A stretch of DNA of 64,000 bases from Candidatus Dormiibacterota bacterium (lineage in GTDB: Bacteria > Patescibacteriota > Saccharimonadia > UBA4664 > DATLOE01), in NCBI GenBank assembly GCA_035536395.1, contig DATLOE010000006.1:6899-70898 (forward strand), read 5' to 3'. This document shows positions 38,050 through 47,770 of the stretch, one piece after another (positions within the stretch are counted from its first letter, which is position 1; the number at the start of each line of letters is the position of its first letter). The translations under genes and the position numbers were made by a program. The notes under the pieces were generated by a model, which saw only the letters and a program-made list of their open reading frames with translations, searched no databases and had not been told where the DNA came from.

Positions 38050-39158
38050 TGAGGCAGCTCAAAGTTGCGATAGTTCATGACTGGATGGTTTCGCCAGGAG
38101 GCGCCGAGAAGGTTGTGCTGGAGCTTCACAAAATATGGCCCAAGGCACCGATATATACTGCTGCTTATGAGCCGAGCAAGTTTCCCGAATTTGCGGATGC
38201 GGATGTGCGACCTACTTGGCTAAACCGCATAAAACTAGCAAAAACTAAACATCAACTATTCACAATCCCCAGAGCATGGGCTTTTAAAACACTTAATTTG
38301 TCGGATTATGATTTGGTAATCTCCTCGTCCAGTGCGGAATCTAAATATGTTAAAACTGGTCCCAGCACAGCCCATATTTGCTACTGCCATACGCCCGTAC
38401 GCTACTATTGGAGCGATTACGACTGGTATCGCAAGCATCCGCCTTTCGGCAAGCTCAACCCTCTTGCTGGGCTGGTACTCCCGTTTCTAATTGGCACTTT
38501 GCGCAGAATGGACTACAAAGCGGCCCAAAAGGTCGATTATTATCTAGCAAATTCAGCAAATGTGCAGGCGCGTATTAAGCGCTACTATGGCCGCGACTCT
38601 GAGGTTGTATACCCCCCCATTGAAACTGGCAGTTTTACAAAACCACGCACCCCAAAGGACTACTACTTAATAGTGGGGCGGCAAGTGGCTTATAAGCGTC
38701 TGGATCTGGCCGTGGATGCCTTTAATAAACTGGGGTTGAAGCTGAAAGTTGCAGGATCGGGTGAGGAAATAAACCGGCAGAAAGCCCGATCCAAGCCCAA
38801 TATTGAGTATCTCGGTTTTGTTAGCGGAGATGAACTGGCCGATCTTTACGCCGGGGCTAAGGGTTTTATTTTCCCGCCCGAAGAAGACTTTGGTATAGCA
38901 CCGGTTGAGGCAATGTCGGCCGGCTGCCCCGTAATTGCCTATGCTAAGGGCGGTGCACTGGAGTATGTTATTGAAGGGGAGACAGGGGTTTTATTTAAAA
39001 AACAGACCCCGCAGGACCTGATTGATGCAGTTAAGCGCTTGCAAGGCATTAAGTTTGACGAGAAGAAGATCAGGCGTCATGCCAAACAGTTCGATAGAAA
39101 AGTATTTATAAAAAAAATAAGAGACTTTGTTTCTAAAGTCTCAGTTTCTGTTAGCTAA
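38049..39158 (+). CDS. GT4 glycosyltransferase
   Basis: VHDW..GGAEKV, EDFGIAPVEAM. Confidence 0.92.
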   Translation: MRQLKVAIVHDWMVSPGGAEKVVLELHKIWPKAPIYTAAYEPSKFPEFADADVRPTWLNRIKLAKTKHQLFTIPRAWAFKTLNLSDYDLVISSSSAESKYVKTGPSTAHICYCHTPVRYYWSDYDWYRKHPPFGKLNPLAGLVLPFLIGTLRRMDYKAAQKVDYYLANSANVQARIKRYYGRDSEVVYPPIETGSFTKPRTPKDYYLIVGRQVAYKRLDLAVDAFNKLGLKLKVAGSGEEINRQKARSKPNIEYLGFVSGDELADLYAGAKGFIFPPEEDFGIAPVEAMSAGCPVIAYAKGGALEYVIEGETGVLFKKQTPQDLIDAVKRLQGIKFDEKKIRRHAKQFDRKVFIKKIRDFVSKVSVSVS

Positions 39159-39515
39159 CTATTTAGCTTGGTGCTTAGTAACGTGTTCCACAACAGCCTT
39201 AAAAGCGGCTGGCTGGCTAACAGCTAGTTCGCTTAGGATTTTACGGTCCAGTGTTACACCGGATTTCTTCATTAGACCCATGAACTTGCTATAAGTTATT
39301 CCTGTTTCACGTAGCCCGGCATTGATACGCACAATCCAGAGTGAGCGGAAGTCGCGTTTTTTAGTCCGTCGGTCGCGGTAGGCGTAAGAAAGCGCCTTCA
39401 GCACTGCCTCACGGGCTTTTTTAATACTGGCACGCCGCATATGGCTCATACCTTTGGTTTGAGCCCGCAGTTTCTTATGTTTTTTGTGGGAGGCTACGCC
39501 CCGTTTAACTCTCAT
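39159..39515 (-). CDS. rplT: 50S ribosomal protein L20
   Basis: MRVKRG...AYRDRR..KRDFRSLWIVRINA. Confidence 0.97.
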   Translation of the reverse strand: MRVKRGVASHKKHKKLRAQTKGMSHMRRASIKKAREAVLKALSYAYRDRRTKKRDFRSLWIVRINAGLRETGITYSKFMGLMKKSGVTLDRKILSELAVSQPAAFKAVVEHVTKHQAK

Positions 39516-39518
39516 AAA

Positions 39519-39719
39519 TTACTTATACTTTCCTAGCATCTTTTTAATATTGGCAGCATCGCCCTGAGAAACTTCGAACTCTTTAACGTATGTACGCTTA
39601 GTCTTGGTTTGCTTATGACCAAGGAGGTGACTACGATATGCCTTCCGGCGCAGCATCTTGCCGCCAGCCGAAAGTTTAATCCGCTTAGCCATTCCTTTAT
39701 GAGTTTTGAGTTTTGGCAT
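39519..39719 (-). CDS. rpmI: 50S ribosomal protein L35
   Basis: MPKLKTHKGMAKR; position in the infC-rpmI-rplT operon. Confidence 0.95.
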   Translation of the reverse strand: MPKLKTHKGMAKRIKLSAGGKMLRRKAYRSHLLGHKQTKTKRTYVKEFEVSQGDAANIKKMLGKYK

Positions 39720-40227
39720 CTTTCTTACTTCCAATTACTGTGCTTATTTCCCGGCCCGATAGGGGGTTGGTCTGTTCGACCTCAGCTATATCGGATAGAG
39801 CTTCAATGACCCGGCTGATAATAGCCAGGCCGAGGTCAGGATGGGTAATTTCCCGTCCGCGGAATAATACGCTAATTTTAACTTTATGACCAGACTCTAA
39901 AAATTTACGGGCTCGGTCAAGCTTAACATTAAAGTCATGATCACCGATTTTTAATCCAAACCGCACCTGTTTAATCTCTACCTGTTTTTGATTCTTACGG
40001 CTTTTTTGGATCTGCTTAGTCTGTTCATAGCGGTATTTGCCCCAATCCAGAATTTTAACCACTGGGGGTTTGGCATTGGGTGCGATTTCAACTAGGTCAT
40101 ACCCAGCTGCTTCCGCGCGCTCCAGGGCTTCTTGCAAACTGACAACACCAGCCTGATTACCTTCGAGATCGACTAATCTGACCTCAGGGGCAGTGATCTC
40201 TCGGTTGAGGCGGGTTTTGTGAGCTAT
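39697..40227 (-). CDS. infC: Translation initiation factor IF-3 (non-canonical ATA start)
   Basis: In-frame extension (I)AHKTRLNREITAPEVRLVD...; AAGGAG 7 nt before ATA; DLVEIAP, FRGRE motifs. Confidence 0.93.
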   Translation of the reverse strand: MAHKTRLNREITAPEVRLVDLEGNQAGVVSLQEALERAEAAGYDLVEIAPNAKPPVVKILDWGKYRYEQTKQIQKSRKNQKQVEIKQVRFGLKIGDHDFNVKLDRARKFLESGHKVKISVLFRGREITHPDLGLAIISRVIEALSDIAEVEQTNPLSGREISTVIGSKKDAKTQNS

Positions 40228-40296
40228 TACAGGTCTCCTTAAGCTAACCCGAGTCTAACAGATGAGCCTCTTCTGGTCAATAAGTTACAAAAAGGC

Positions 40297-41172
40297 TTAA
40301 TTTTTGAAGTTTCCGGACTGTTTTTCGGTAATAAACCGTATGCGTCTGTCGGTCAGGCGAATTACAATCGGAGTTTTACCGGCCAGATTGCCGTCTATCA
40401 TTACTTGTGTTTCGGGGTTAATTTCGATGACAGCCCGATCGGCTTTGACTCTGGTGCTAATATTCTCCAATCTACCAGGAGTTTTCTTCAGCAGCTGCCA
40501 GGCATAATTTGTGAGATCCCAGCGCGAAGGTTTTTCGGTTAGGCTAATGATTAGTTTATTGTCGGCCAGAGGGTTGTCGAACTTTTGATTGGCAACGGTC
40601 AGGCTGAAGAGGGGGGATGTAAGTTCATATTTACTATCAACCGTAATCTTGCACTTTAGTGGCTTAAAATTTTTGGCTTGGTCGAAACTGGTCTTAAACT
40701 GTTTAATCTTGTCTTTCAAACCTTCCTTGGAGCCATTTTCCGCCCGATCTTCCAGCTGGGTTTCAAAGCCCAGCACCAAGGTCGATAAAAAGAATTTTTG
40801 TCCGGCGGCAATTAGTCCGTAGCTTGTAATTCGGCGGGCGGCCAGCACCTCACAGGCCTGTTGCCAATCATGGATACCCAAATGACCCGCCAGCAGGTTA
40901 GAACTACCGGTTGGAATAATGCCTATGGCAGTATTATTCTCTCGGCTTATACCATTAATAACTTCATTCACCGTATCATCTCCGCCGACAGCCACAATGG
41001 TATTCATTCCCTTTTTTACAGCCAGCTCCGCTATTTTGGCGGCATCGCCAGGGCCGGTAGTCTTAGCAAACTCTCCACTAATACCCAGCTCTGTTAGCCT
41101 GCTTCTTAGCTTGTCCTGAATGTTATTAATCGCCCCTTTACCAGCGGCTGGATTGATGATGTAGTAGTACAT
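40297..41172 (-). CDS. Diacylglycerol kinase family protein
   Basis: NPAAG, GGDDTVNEV, IPTGSSN, IDG motifs. Confidence 0.88.
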   Translation of the reverse strand: MYYYIINPAAGKGAINNIQDKLRSRLTELGISGEFAKTTGPGDAAKIAELAVKKGMNTIVAVGGDDTVNEVINGISRENNTAIGIIPTGSSNLLAGHLGIHDWQQACEVLAARRITSYGLIAAGQKFFLSTLVLGFETQLEDRAENGSKEGLKDKIKQFKTSFDQAKNFKPLKCKITVDSKYELTSPLFSLTVANQKFDNPLADNKLIISLTEKPSRWDLTNYAWQLLKKTPGRLENISTRVKADRAVIEINPETQVMIDGNLAGKTPIVIRLTDRRIRFITEKQSGNFKN

Positions 41173-41564
41173 TAGTCTTCAGCAGGCTCTTTGTTTGTGG
41201 CTTCTGTCTGTGTTTGAGCTGGCTTCATTTTGCTATTACCGATAAATATACCACCGCGCTCTATGCTTAAGAGAGAGGCGGTAATGTCACCGGCTACTTG
41301 CCCAGTGGCTGTAATAGTAGCTCCTTCGGTAGCCTGAATGTCTCCCTTTTGCTGCCCGGCTATTGTGATGTTTTGCCCAGCAACATCACCTGCTATTTGA
41401 GCATTGACTCCAATTGTCACATCGCGGGCCGATTTTACATTGCCTTCCAGGTGGCCGTCTATTAAAATATCACCCTCACTGGCTAAATTACCTTTGAGCC
41501 GAACATTAGCGCCGATAATAGTATCTGTTTCGGTAACTCCTAATAAATCATGTTTTTTTGGCAT
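41172..41564 (-). CDS. Bactofilin (polymer-forming cytoskeletal protein)
   Basis: TIIG...GDI.IDG..EGNV beta-helix repeats. Confidence 0.9.
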   Translation of the reverse strand: MPKKHDLLGVTETDTIIGANVRLKGNLASEGDILIDGHLEGNVKSARDVTIGVNAQIAGDVAGQNITIAGQQKGDIQATEGATITATGQVAGDITASLLSIERGGIFIGNSKMKPAQTQTEATNKEPAED

Positions 41565-42045
41565 CTGATTTCTCCTTACTGTGCGGCTTTCTTTTTGAGG
41601 CCTGTTTAAGTGCTTTTAATTCTTCCTCGGCGAGGGCATGCTTACTTTTACCGTAATCAATTGGTTTTACATATACCCGTGTACCGGTTCGGCTGTGGAT
41701 GCTAGTTATGACATAGCCGGAATCATGTGCATCCAGGACCGCCAGCACAAAGCTTTGATCCCCACCGGTATCACCAAATGGATTGAACCTCACAATCGAA
41801 ATTTTTTGCGATGACAGGCTTTGGGATTCGGCTAATTGGCGGTAGAGAGTGTCGAGTTTTTTCAGGTGGGATTCGGTTGAATTAACCGATTGAAAATATT
41901 TGGCCAATGTCTTTTCCAGCTCACCGCCCTCGGTTGTAAATGCAGCATTAAATCGCTGGCGCAGCCTGATAGTTTGCCATACCGCGAAGGCTGCTGTAGC
42001 AATACTTGCACCGCTGATTAGCCAAATTGTATTAACGTTCTCCAC
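41548..42045 (-). CDS. DUF4446-like membrane-anchored protein
   Basis: VRFNPFGDTGGDQSF..A.LD...G..ITS...R...YVKP motif. Confidence 0.8.
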   Translation of the reverse strand: MENVNTIWLISGASIATAAFAVWQTIRLRQRFNAAFTTEGGELEKTLAKYFQSVNSTESHLKKLDTLYRQLAESQSLSSQKISIVRFNPFGDTGGDQSFVLAVLDAHDSGYVITSIHSRTGTRVYVKPIDYGKSKHALAEEELKALKQASKRKPHSKEKSDAKKT

Positions 42046-42119
42046 GCCAAACAGTATAGTGTGTGGGGCAAACTCTCTGCAACTGCAGCCAGCCCCAGTT
42101 GTGTTAAAATTAGTCTATT

Positions 42120-42356
42120 ATGGCTAGAAAAACCAAGCGCAAAAAAAGTAAAAAACAGAAGCGCCAGGAACTTAGTACAGTTGTACCGCCGGCTATGCCA
42201 GCCGTGCAAGCCAGCGAGGAGCCGCCGCAATCGCTTGAACTTCCCACAGACCACAAGCTAAGTTATGTGAAGACCGACATTAAAAGGATAGTGTGGTTAC
42301 TGGCCACCGCTATCATTCTGCAAATAACTATTTGGTACGCCTTTCAACTACAGTAG
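42120..42356 (+). CDS. Small hypothetical membrane protein
   Basis: Basic N-terminus, YVKTDIKR then a TM helix. Confidence 0.6.
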   Translation: MARKTKRKKSKKQKRQELSTVVPPAMPAVQASEEPPQSLELPTDHKLSYVKTDIKRIVWLLATAIILQITIWYAFQLQ

Positions 42357-43853
42357 TCAGAGTTTTGGCCGATACTGCAAAGCTTCAGCCAGGTGGCAGG
42401 TTTGTATATTCTGGCTTCCTGACAGATCGGCTATGGTTCGGGCTACCCTTAAAACTCTCATATACGACCTAGCTGATAAATTCAGACTGGAGAGCGCTTG
42501 GCGTTCCAGGCGGCGGCCTTCTTCATCCAGTTGGCAGTGGGTCTTAATTTGAGCATTATCCATACCTGCGTTGATGTTGGCAGATTTTAGGCGCTTGGCT
42601 TGAATGAGCCTGGCAGTATGTACTCGTTCGGCTACAGACTTGCTTGGTTCGGCGGTTGCTTTAGCAATCATACTTTCTTGTTCGACCGGCGCCACATCTA
42701 CGAATAGATCGACCCTGTCTAGTAGCGGGCCGGAGACCTTCTTGCTGTATCGTGCTACTTGTGCCGGGCTACAGACACATTCCCGCTTAGCATCGCCAGC
42801 ATAGCCGCAGGGGCAGGGGTTCTGGGTGGCTACCAACATAAATCGGGCCGGATAGGTGATAGAACCAGAAGCTCTAGCAATACTTACCACACCGTCTTCT
42901 AAGGGCTGGCGCAGCACCTCCAGTACATGGCGGGGGAATTCCGGCAGCTCGTCGAGGAAGAGTACTCCCCGGTGGCTCAGACTGATCTCGCCTGGCTTAG
43001 GCCAAGTGCCGCCGCCAATCAGAGCTACATCGCTGGCCGTGTGGTGAGGGTTTCGGAAAGGCCTTTGATAGCCCGCCTCAGCCGACAGACCGGCTAGGCT
43101 ATATAACTCAGCGATTTCGATTGTTTCTTCTAAGCTTGGTGCAGGTAGGAGCCCGGCCAAGGCTCTGGCTAGCAAGGTCTTGCCGGTGCCGGGAGGGCCG
43201 GAGAGCAGAATATTATGGCCGCCCGCCGCCGCTACTTCAATAGCTCGCTTGGCTTGGTTCTGGCCGTAAATATCTTGCATATCGACAGCCGGTTTAGCCT
43301 GAGCTTTAACCTTCCTAGCAGAGCCGGAATAGGGCTTTACTGCCTCTTCTTTCGCCAAGTGCCGGTACAGCTGCCGCAAGGACTTAAGGGGGTAGAGGGT
43401 TAACCCTTCCACTAAAGAAGCCTCCTGAATGTTAGCTTCGGGTACGAATATCTCAGATATACCGCTGATTTTGGCTAGCCGTACTGCCGAGAGTACGCCC
43501 TTGGTGGAGCGCACCGAACCATCCAGTGCCAGCTCTCCTGTAAAGAGATAATCGTTTGGGTCTATACTGAGCTGTTCGCTGGCTGTGAGTATAGCAACAG
43601 CAATACTCAGGTCATAAGCCGTGCCGTCTTTAGGCAGGTCGGCCGGAGCAAGATTAAGGGTAATGCGCTTGGGGGGCAGAAATAGGCCACTGTTCTTAAT
43701 AGCGCTGCGTACGCGATCTTTGGCTTCGGCTACGGCTTTATCTCCTAGACCTACTACCGTAAAGGAGGGGAGGCCGCTGGCCAGATCGCACTCCACATCG
43801 ATGAGTTGTCCTTTTACACCTATACAGGTTGGGGCGAGCACTTTAGCTGGCAT
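42357..43853 (-). CDS. comM: YifB/ComM Mg-chelatase-like AAA+ ATPase
   Basis: NLAPADLPKDG, GPPGTGKT, FRNPHHTAS, FLDELPEF, NPCPCG; start at MPAKV. Confidence 0.92.
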   Translation of the reverse strand: MPAKVLAPTCIGVKGQLIDVECDLASGLPSFTVVGLGDKAVAEAKDRVRSAIKNSGLFLPPKRITLNLAPADLPKDGTAYDLSIAVAILTASEQLSIDPNDYLFTGELALDGSVRSTKGVLSAVRLAKISGISEIFVPEANIQEASLVEGLTLYPLKSLRQLYRHLAKEEAVKPYSGSARKVKAQAKPAVDMQDIYGQNQAKRAIEVAAAGGHNILLSGPPGTGKTLLARALAGLLPAPSLEETIEIAELYSLAGLSAEAGYQRPFRNPHHTASDVALIGGGTWPKPGEISLSHRGVLFLDELPEFPRHVLEVLRQPLEDGVVSIARASGSITYPARFMLVATQNPCPCGYAGDAKRECVCSPAQVARYSKKVSGPLLDRVDLFVDVAPVEQESMIAKATAEPSKSVAERVHTARLIQAKRLKSANINAGMDNAQIKTHCQLDEEGRRLERQALSSLNLSARSYMRVLRVARTIADLSGSQNIQTCHLAEALQYRPKL

Positions 43854-43890
43854 TTTATTTCTCCGCCGCCCGTTAATTAGTAATAAAACG

Positions 43891-43919
43891 ATGTTAGCGA
43901 ACAAAAAGCGAACTGTCAA
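43891..43919 (-). promoter_or_regulatory. sigma70 promoter of comM with direct-repeat operator in the spacer
   Basis: Minus strand reads TTGACA-GTTCGCTTTTTGTTCGC-TAACAT. Confidence 0.75.
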
Positions 43920-43980
43920 ATGTCTTATGTTGTCAATGCTTATTTACAAATGCTACAAATCAGCGTACAATCTATAAGCT

Positions 43981-44781
43981 ATGAATGAAGAACTGGTAAA
44001 ACAAGTAGAAGATCTCGGCCTGAGCAACAAGGAAGCCCGGGTTTATCTAGCCAACCTAATGCTTGGCCCTTCTGGCGTGCAGCAGATAGCAGAAGCCGCA
44101 GGTATAAAGCGGGTTACTACCTACGTTATACTCGAATCTTTAGTCGGCCTGGGGCTGGTCAGCCAGACTACCCATGCCAAAAAAACTTTATTTAATGCGG
44201 AAGACCCTCAACATCTCAGCCGTCTACTGGAGAAGAGGGAGGAAGCGCTTAAGGAGCAGAAGCAGAACCTTAGCGAATTGCTGCCAGATATAAAGAAGCT
44301 TAAATCGCTTTCTAAAGATGTTCCAGCAGTAAAATTTTATGAAGGTGCAGAGAGTATGATGACTATTTATAAGTCTTTGCCTCTCGTTTTTAAAAAATAC
44401 AATGTTAAGGAAAGTTTCGGTATCAGCAATTTGGATCAACTATATGCTTCCTTTCCTGAGATAAAAGATGCCCAGGCTAACCCCTCTCGTGTTGATGCCA
44501 AAGTAAAGAGCAGATTTATTTACACCACTAAAGAAGGACCAATTATTAAAGAATCAGATTCGGTCGCAATACGCGAATCAAGGTTTGTGCCTTTAGATAA
44601 ATTCCCCTTCAATTGTGACATTGGTATAGTGGGGGATTTTATCTCGGTCATGTCACTTGAAACACCACGGCCAATGGGAATTACTATTGAAAGCGCAGCT
44701 CTGGCTAAGGGGTTCAAGGCTGTGTTTGAGCTGGCCTGGGAAGGCGCTGAAAAGTATGATAAAGAAAATAAGAGTAAGTAA
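43981..44781 (+). CDS. TrmB-family transcriptional regulator
   Basis: LGLSNKEARVYL...IKRVTTY..LESL...GLV HTH; VKFYEG sensor domain. Confidence 0.88.
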   Translation: MNEELVKQVEDLGLSNKEARVYLANLMLGPSGVQQIAEAAGIKRVTTYVILESLVGLGLVSQTTHAKKTLFNAEDPQHLSRLLEKREEALKEQKQNLSELLPDIKKLKSLSKDVPAVKFYEGAESMMTIYKSLPLVFKKYNVKESFGISNLDQLYASFPEIKDAQANPSRVDAKVKSRFIYTTKEGPIIKESDSVAIRESRFVPLDKFPFNCDIGIVGDFISVMSLETPRPMGITIESAALAKGFKAVFELAWEGAEKYDKENKSK

Positions 44782-44830
44782 GTTAAAACTTGTAGTTGAC
44801 TTTAAGCCGTAATAGGAGTACAATCGGTTT

Positions 44831-45075
44831 TGTCTCTTTGGCATCGGCCTATGGTTTATGCCAAAAGAAGTGCAGTACAAAAAGCTTCTTCGCCCCGTCG
44901 AAGAAGCCGACCAGGCAAGGAGAGTGGGATGCCATGTTCGGTCTGTAGATCGACACGCACATGGCGCCCCCGCTGAAAGCGGTTTCTTCACGGCTACCTA
45001 GCTGTAGTTCCGCTTCGGCGGGGCGTCAAAGACTTCTTCTGCCTATGCTGTCGCTTAGGAGTGACGCCCCGCGCG
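44831..45075 (+). ncRNA. Candidate structured non-coding RNA of unknown family
   Basis: TTGACT-N17-TACAAT promoter at 44796-44824 followed by six or more consecutive hairpins. Confidence 0.4.
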
Positions 45076-45279
45076 TCAGCTAAGGGAAGAAGACAGGGAA
45101 TCCTGAGCATGGACTGCCGGGCCAAGGATTGGCTCGAGAGTCACCTCAGGAACCCATTGCACCGAGCGGCGCCGGGGATCGGTCCCAAGGACTTTGTCCA
45201 AAAGACCGTCCCCGGCCACGCTTCTCAACTTTGAGCTTTTAGCTCTCAGTAACCTCCAGTTCTGCTGGAGGTTTTTCAA
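45076..45279 (-). CDS. Possible small hypothetical protein
   Basis: AAGGAG 6 nt upstream of a TTG start; no recognisable motif. Confidence 0.35.
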   Translation of the reverse strand: MKNLQQNWRLLRAKSSKLRSVAGDGLLDKVLGTDPRRRSVQWVPEVTLEPILGPAVHAQDSLSSSLS

Positions 45280-45331
45280 TATAAGCTCCTTGGACCGGTT
45301 TAGTCTATCGGCTCTGGATATATCAGGGTTT

Positions 45332-46639
45332 TTACTTTTTAGGCAGGCGCGCAGGTAGTCTAAACCGTCTTTTAGGCGGTTTTTTAGCGTTAATATGGCC
45401 CTTTAGTACCGTTTCATACAGTCTGGCCAGTTGCTTGGCTTGGCGCTCGGCAGAGTACTTAGCCGCAAGCTTAATGCTGGCTTCACCCATATCCTGGCGC
45501 AGCCGATCGTTCGTCAGCACCTGGCTGAGTCTTCGGGCAAAGCTGCGCGCGTTATTACGGGAGAATAGACCATTAACCTTATCTATAACTACATTAGTGA
45601 TGTCGTGATCGATCATAACAATCGGCAATCCGGCCCAAGCCGCTTCCTGGATAACCAGGCCTTGGGTGTCGGTGGTGGAAGGGAAGGCAAAGACGGTGGC
45701 TACCTTATAGGCTGCCCCCAGCCGACTTCTTTCTATTCGGCCGGTAAATACGACGCGATCGGCTACACCCAGGTTCTTAGCCTGCCTCACCAGCTTGTCC
45801 TGCTTCTCGTGGCGGCCGATTAATACCAGCTTAGCCTTAGGGTGGCTGGGCGCAATTATAGCAAAGGCGGTAATTAACAGATCCACGCTTTTTTCATCTC
45901 CCAGCCGGCCGACGAAGAGGATTACCTGATCGCTCTCTTTTAACCCATATCTCTCACGGAACAGCTTAGCAGCCCTAGTGGTCGTAGTAATTTTGTCAAC
46001 ACCTGTCGGTAAAACCCTGATTAAAGACTTGGTTTTCCACGATCGCAGCTGCTGCTCGATTTTGATAGAGGGTACAATAACCCGATCACAATAGTTATGC
46101 AGCATAGTAATGCCTTTAACGATTATTTTCTGATTCCAGGCATCCACATTACGTTCCGGCTTTATGCTGCTTAGAGCAAATCGTAGGTCGTCCATTTTGC
46201 CCCCGGTAATTAAAGGGGAAAGCATAGAAAGGGCAATCGCGCCAGGCAAGACCTGGGGGTAGTAAGTAACGTACTCATATAAGTCTGAGTGATAGGTGGT
46301 AACAAGGGGTTTGCGGTTGTGTATGGCGTAGTAGGCTCCTAGTAGGCCGATTTGGCCAGGGGTATGGTAATGCACGATGTCAGGGTTTATCTTTTTTATC
46401 TTCAGCAGAGCCTGCGGGGGGAAGAATATACTAGTCAGATAGTCATCGAATACCAGGCCCTTGACTGCCGGAAACCTAAGGATGTTAGGGGATTTCTCCT
46501 TATAACGAAGCCCAGGAGCCGGGGCGATCACGTGAACCTCGTGGCCCAGCTTTTCCAGCTCAACCCGAAAAGTCTCTATGGAGTAAGCTACTCCATCAGC
46601 TCTGGGCAGGTATGAATCTGTGAAAAAAGCTATTTTCAT
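45332..46639 (-). CDS. GT4 glycosyltransferase, monoglycosyl-diacylglycerol synthase-like
   Basis: MKIAFFTDSYLP..DGV, HYHTPG, VTTYH, DTQGLVIQEA. Confidence 0.85.
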   Translation of the reverse strand: MKIAFFTDSYLPRADGVAYSIETFRVELEKLGHEVHVIAPAPGLRYKEKSPNILRFPAVKGLVFDDYLTSIFFPPQALLKIKKINPDIVHYHTPGQIGLLGAYYAIHNRKPLVTTYHSDLYEYVTYYPQVLPGAIALSMLSPLITGGKMDDLRFALSSIKPERNVDAWNQKIIVKGITMLHNYCDRVIVPSIKIEQQLRSWKTKSLIRVLPTGVDKITTTTRAAKLFRERYGLKESDQVILFVGRLGDEKSVDLLITAFAIIAPSHPKAKLVLIGRHEKQDKLVRQAKNLGVADRVVFTGRIERSRLGAAYKVATVFAFPSTTDTQGLVIQEAAWAGLPIVMIDHDITNVVIDKVNGLFSRNNARSFARRLSQVLTNDRLRQDMGEASIKLAAKYSAERQAKQLARLYETVLKGHINAKKPPKRRFRLPARLPKK

Positions 46640-47652
46640 TTACTAGCTATTAGTTGTCGGTATAGTCTGCATAGTTGCTTGGCTCCGCTGGCATTATCGA
46701 ACTTGGTGGCAATTGCGCGTGATAACTCAACTGCCTCCCTATAGTATACCTGGTTGTCGTGAAGGCGTTGCACTATATGCGCAAAGGTCTTGTCTGTGCC
46801 GCGAAGAATATCTTGGCCAAAGTTAGAATCGTAAGAGGGGATATCTCTAACGACAATAGGCAGGCCGGCGGCGGCGGCTTCTAGTACAGCTAATGGGTGT
46901 CCTTCCCGATTGGAGGGCATAATAAACACATCGGCAGCCCAGTAGTACTGCTTGACCTCGCTATGCTCAAGGGGGCCAATAGTACTCATATTTGCTGGCT
47001 GCTTGTGCGTAAGCTCTAGCATATCCTTATAACTGGCACTTAGGTGTTTGAACGGCGTACCGCCAATCCAAATGAATCTGAAGCCCGGAAACTGCTTTGC
47101 AAGACTCAAAAAGCTCTCATACCGCTTGGTGGGGTTAATCTGCCCGACAGACAGTACGATGAAGTCAGTGGATCCAAGCCCCAGCTTTTGCCGGGCCAGC
47201 CGCTTACCATCTTTCGCCGGTTTATATTGGGCTGTATCGACCGTATTGGGTATTACGGTAATCTTATCTGACTTTATTCCAAGCTTTCTAATCAAGCTTT
47301 GCTCTACTTCTTCCGATATCGCTATGATTTTGTCTGCGCGGTTGTAGAAAAATTTTAGGTACCAAGCCGCCAGACGATACCAGTACTTAGCTCCGGCTAC
47401 CGTTCCCACGAAAGCGTCTGGCACAACGTGGGCCGTTACGACCTTTTTGTTGCCACCCAACACGAGCGCCACTAGGCCGTACGGGCCAGTAGTGTGCACG
47501 TGCGTAATGTCAGCGGATCCCAGTTGGTTAACTCTAACCAGGACATCATTACGCTCACCCAGGGCCAGTACATGCTCTCTAAAGGCTGTATCGACCCCAT
47601 GCCCACCAATAGAAAAGGCCGATTCAGAAATAATATTTACTTTCAGTTTCAT
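46636..47652 (-). CDS. GT4 glycosyltransferase, diglycosyl-diacylglycerol synthase (CpoA-like)
   Basis: GHGVDTAF, HVHTTGP, TAHVVP, VGQ...KR, EGHPLAVLEA. Confidence 0.8.
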   Translation of the reverse strand: MKLKVNIISESAFSIGGHGVDTAFREHVLALGERNDVLVRVNQLGSADITHVHTTGPYGLVALVLGGNKKVVTAHVVPDAFVGTVAGAKYWYRLAAWYLKFFYNRADKIIAISEEVEQSLIRKLGIKSDKITVIPNTVDTAQYKPAKDGKRLARQKLGLGSTDFIVLSVGQINPTKRYESFLSLAKQFPGFRFIWIGGTPFKHLSASYKDMLELTHKQPANMSTIGPLEHSEVKQYYWAADVFIMPSNREGHPLAVLEAAAAGLPIVVRDIPSYDSNFGQDILRGTDKTFAHIVQRLHDNQVYYREAVELSRAIATKFDNASGAKQLCRLYRQLIASK

Positions 47653-47727
47653 ATAATAATCGCGGTTTTATAACAAGAAATTAGGCACTGGGCTATATTG
47701 TACTAAAAATTATAGTAATAAAACAAA

Positions 47728-47752
47728 AACCGGAGGCTAGCTGCCTCCGGTT
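47728..47752 (-). terminator. Intrinsic terminator
   Basis: AACCGGAGGC/GCCTCCGGTT stem with T run on the minus strand. Confidence 0.7.
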
Positions 47753-47770
47753 GCAGTAGAACCGCACTAA

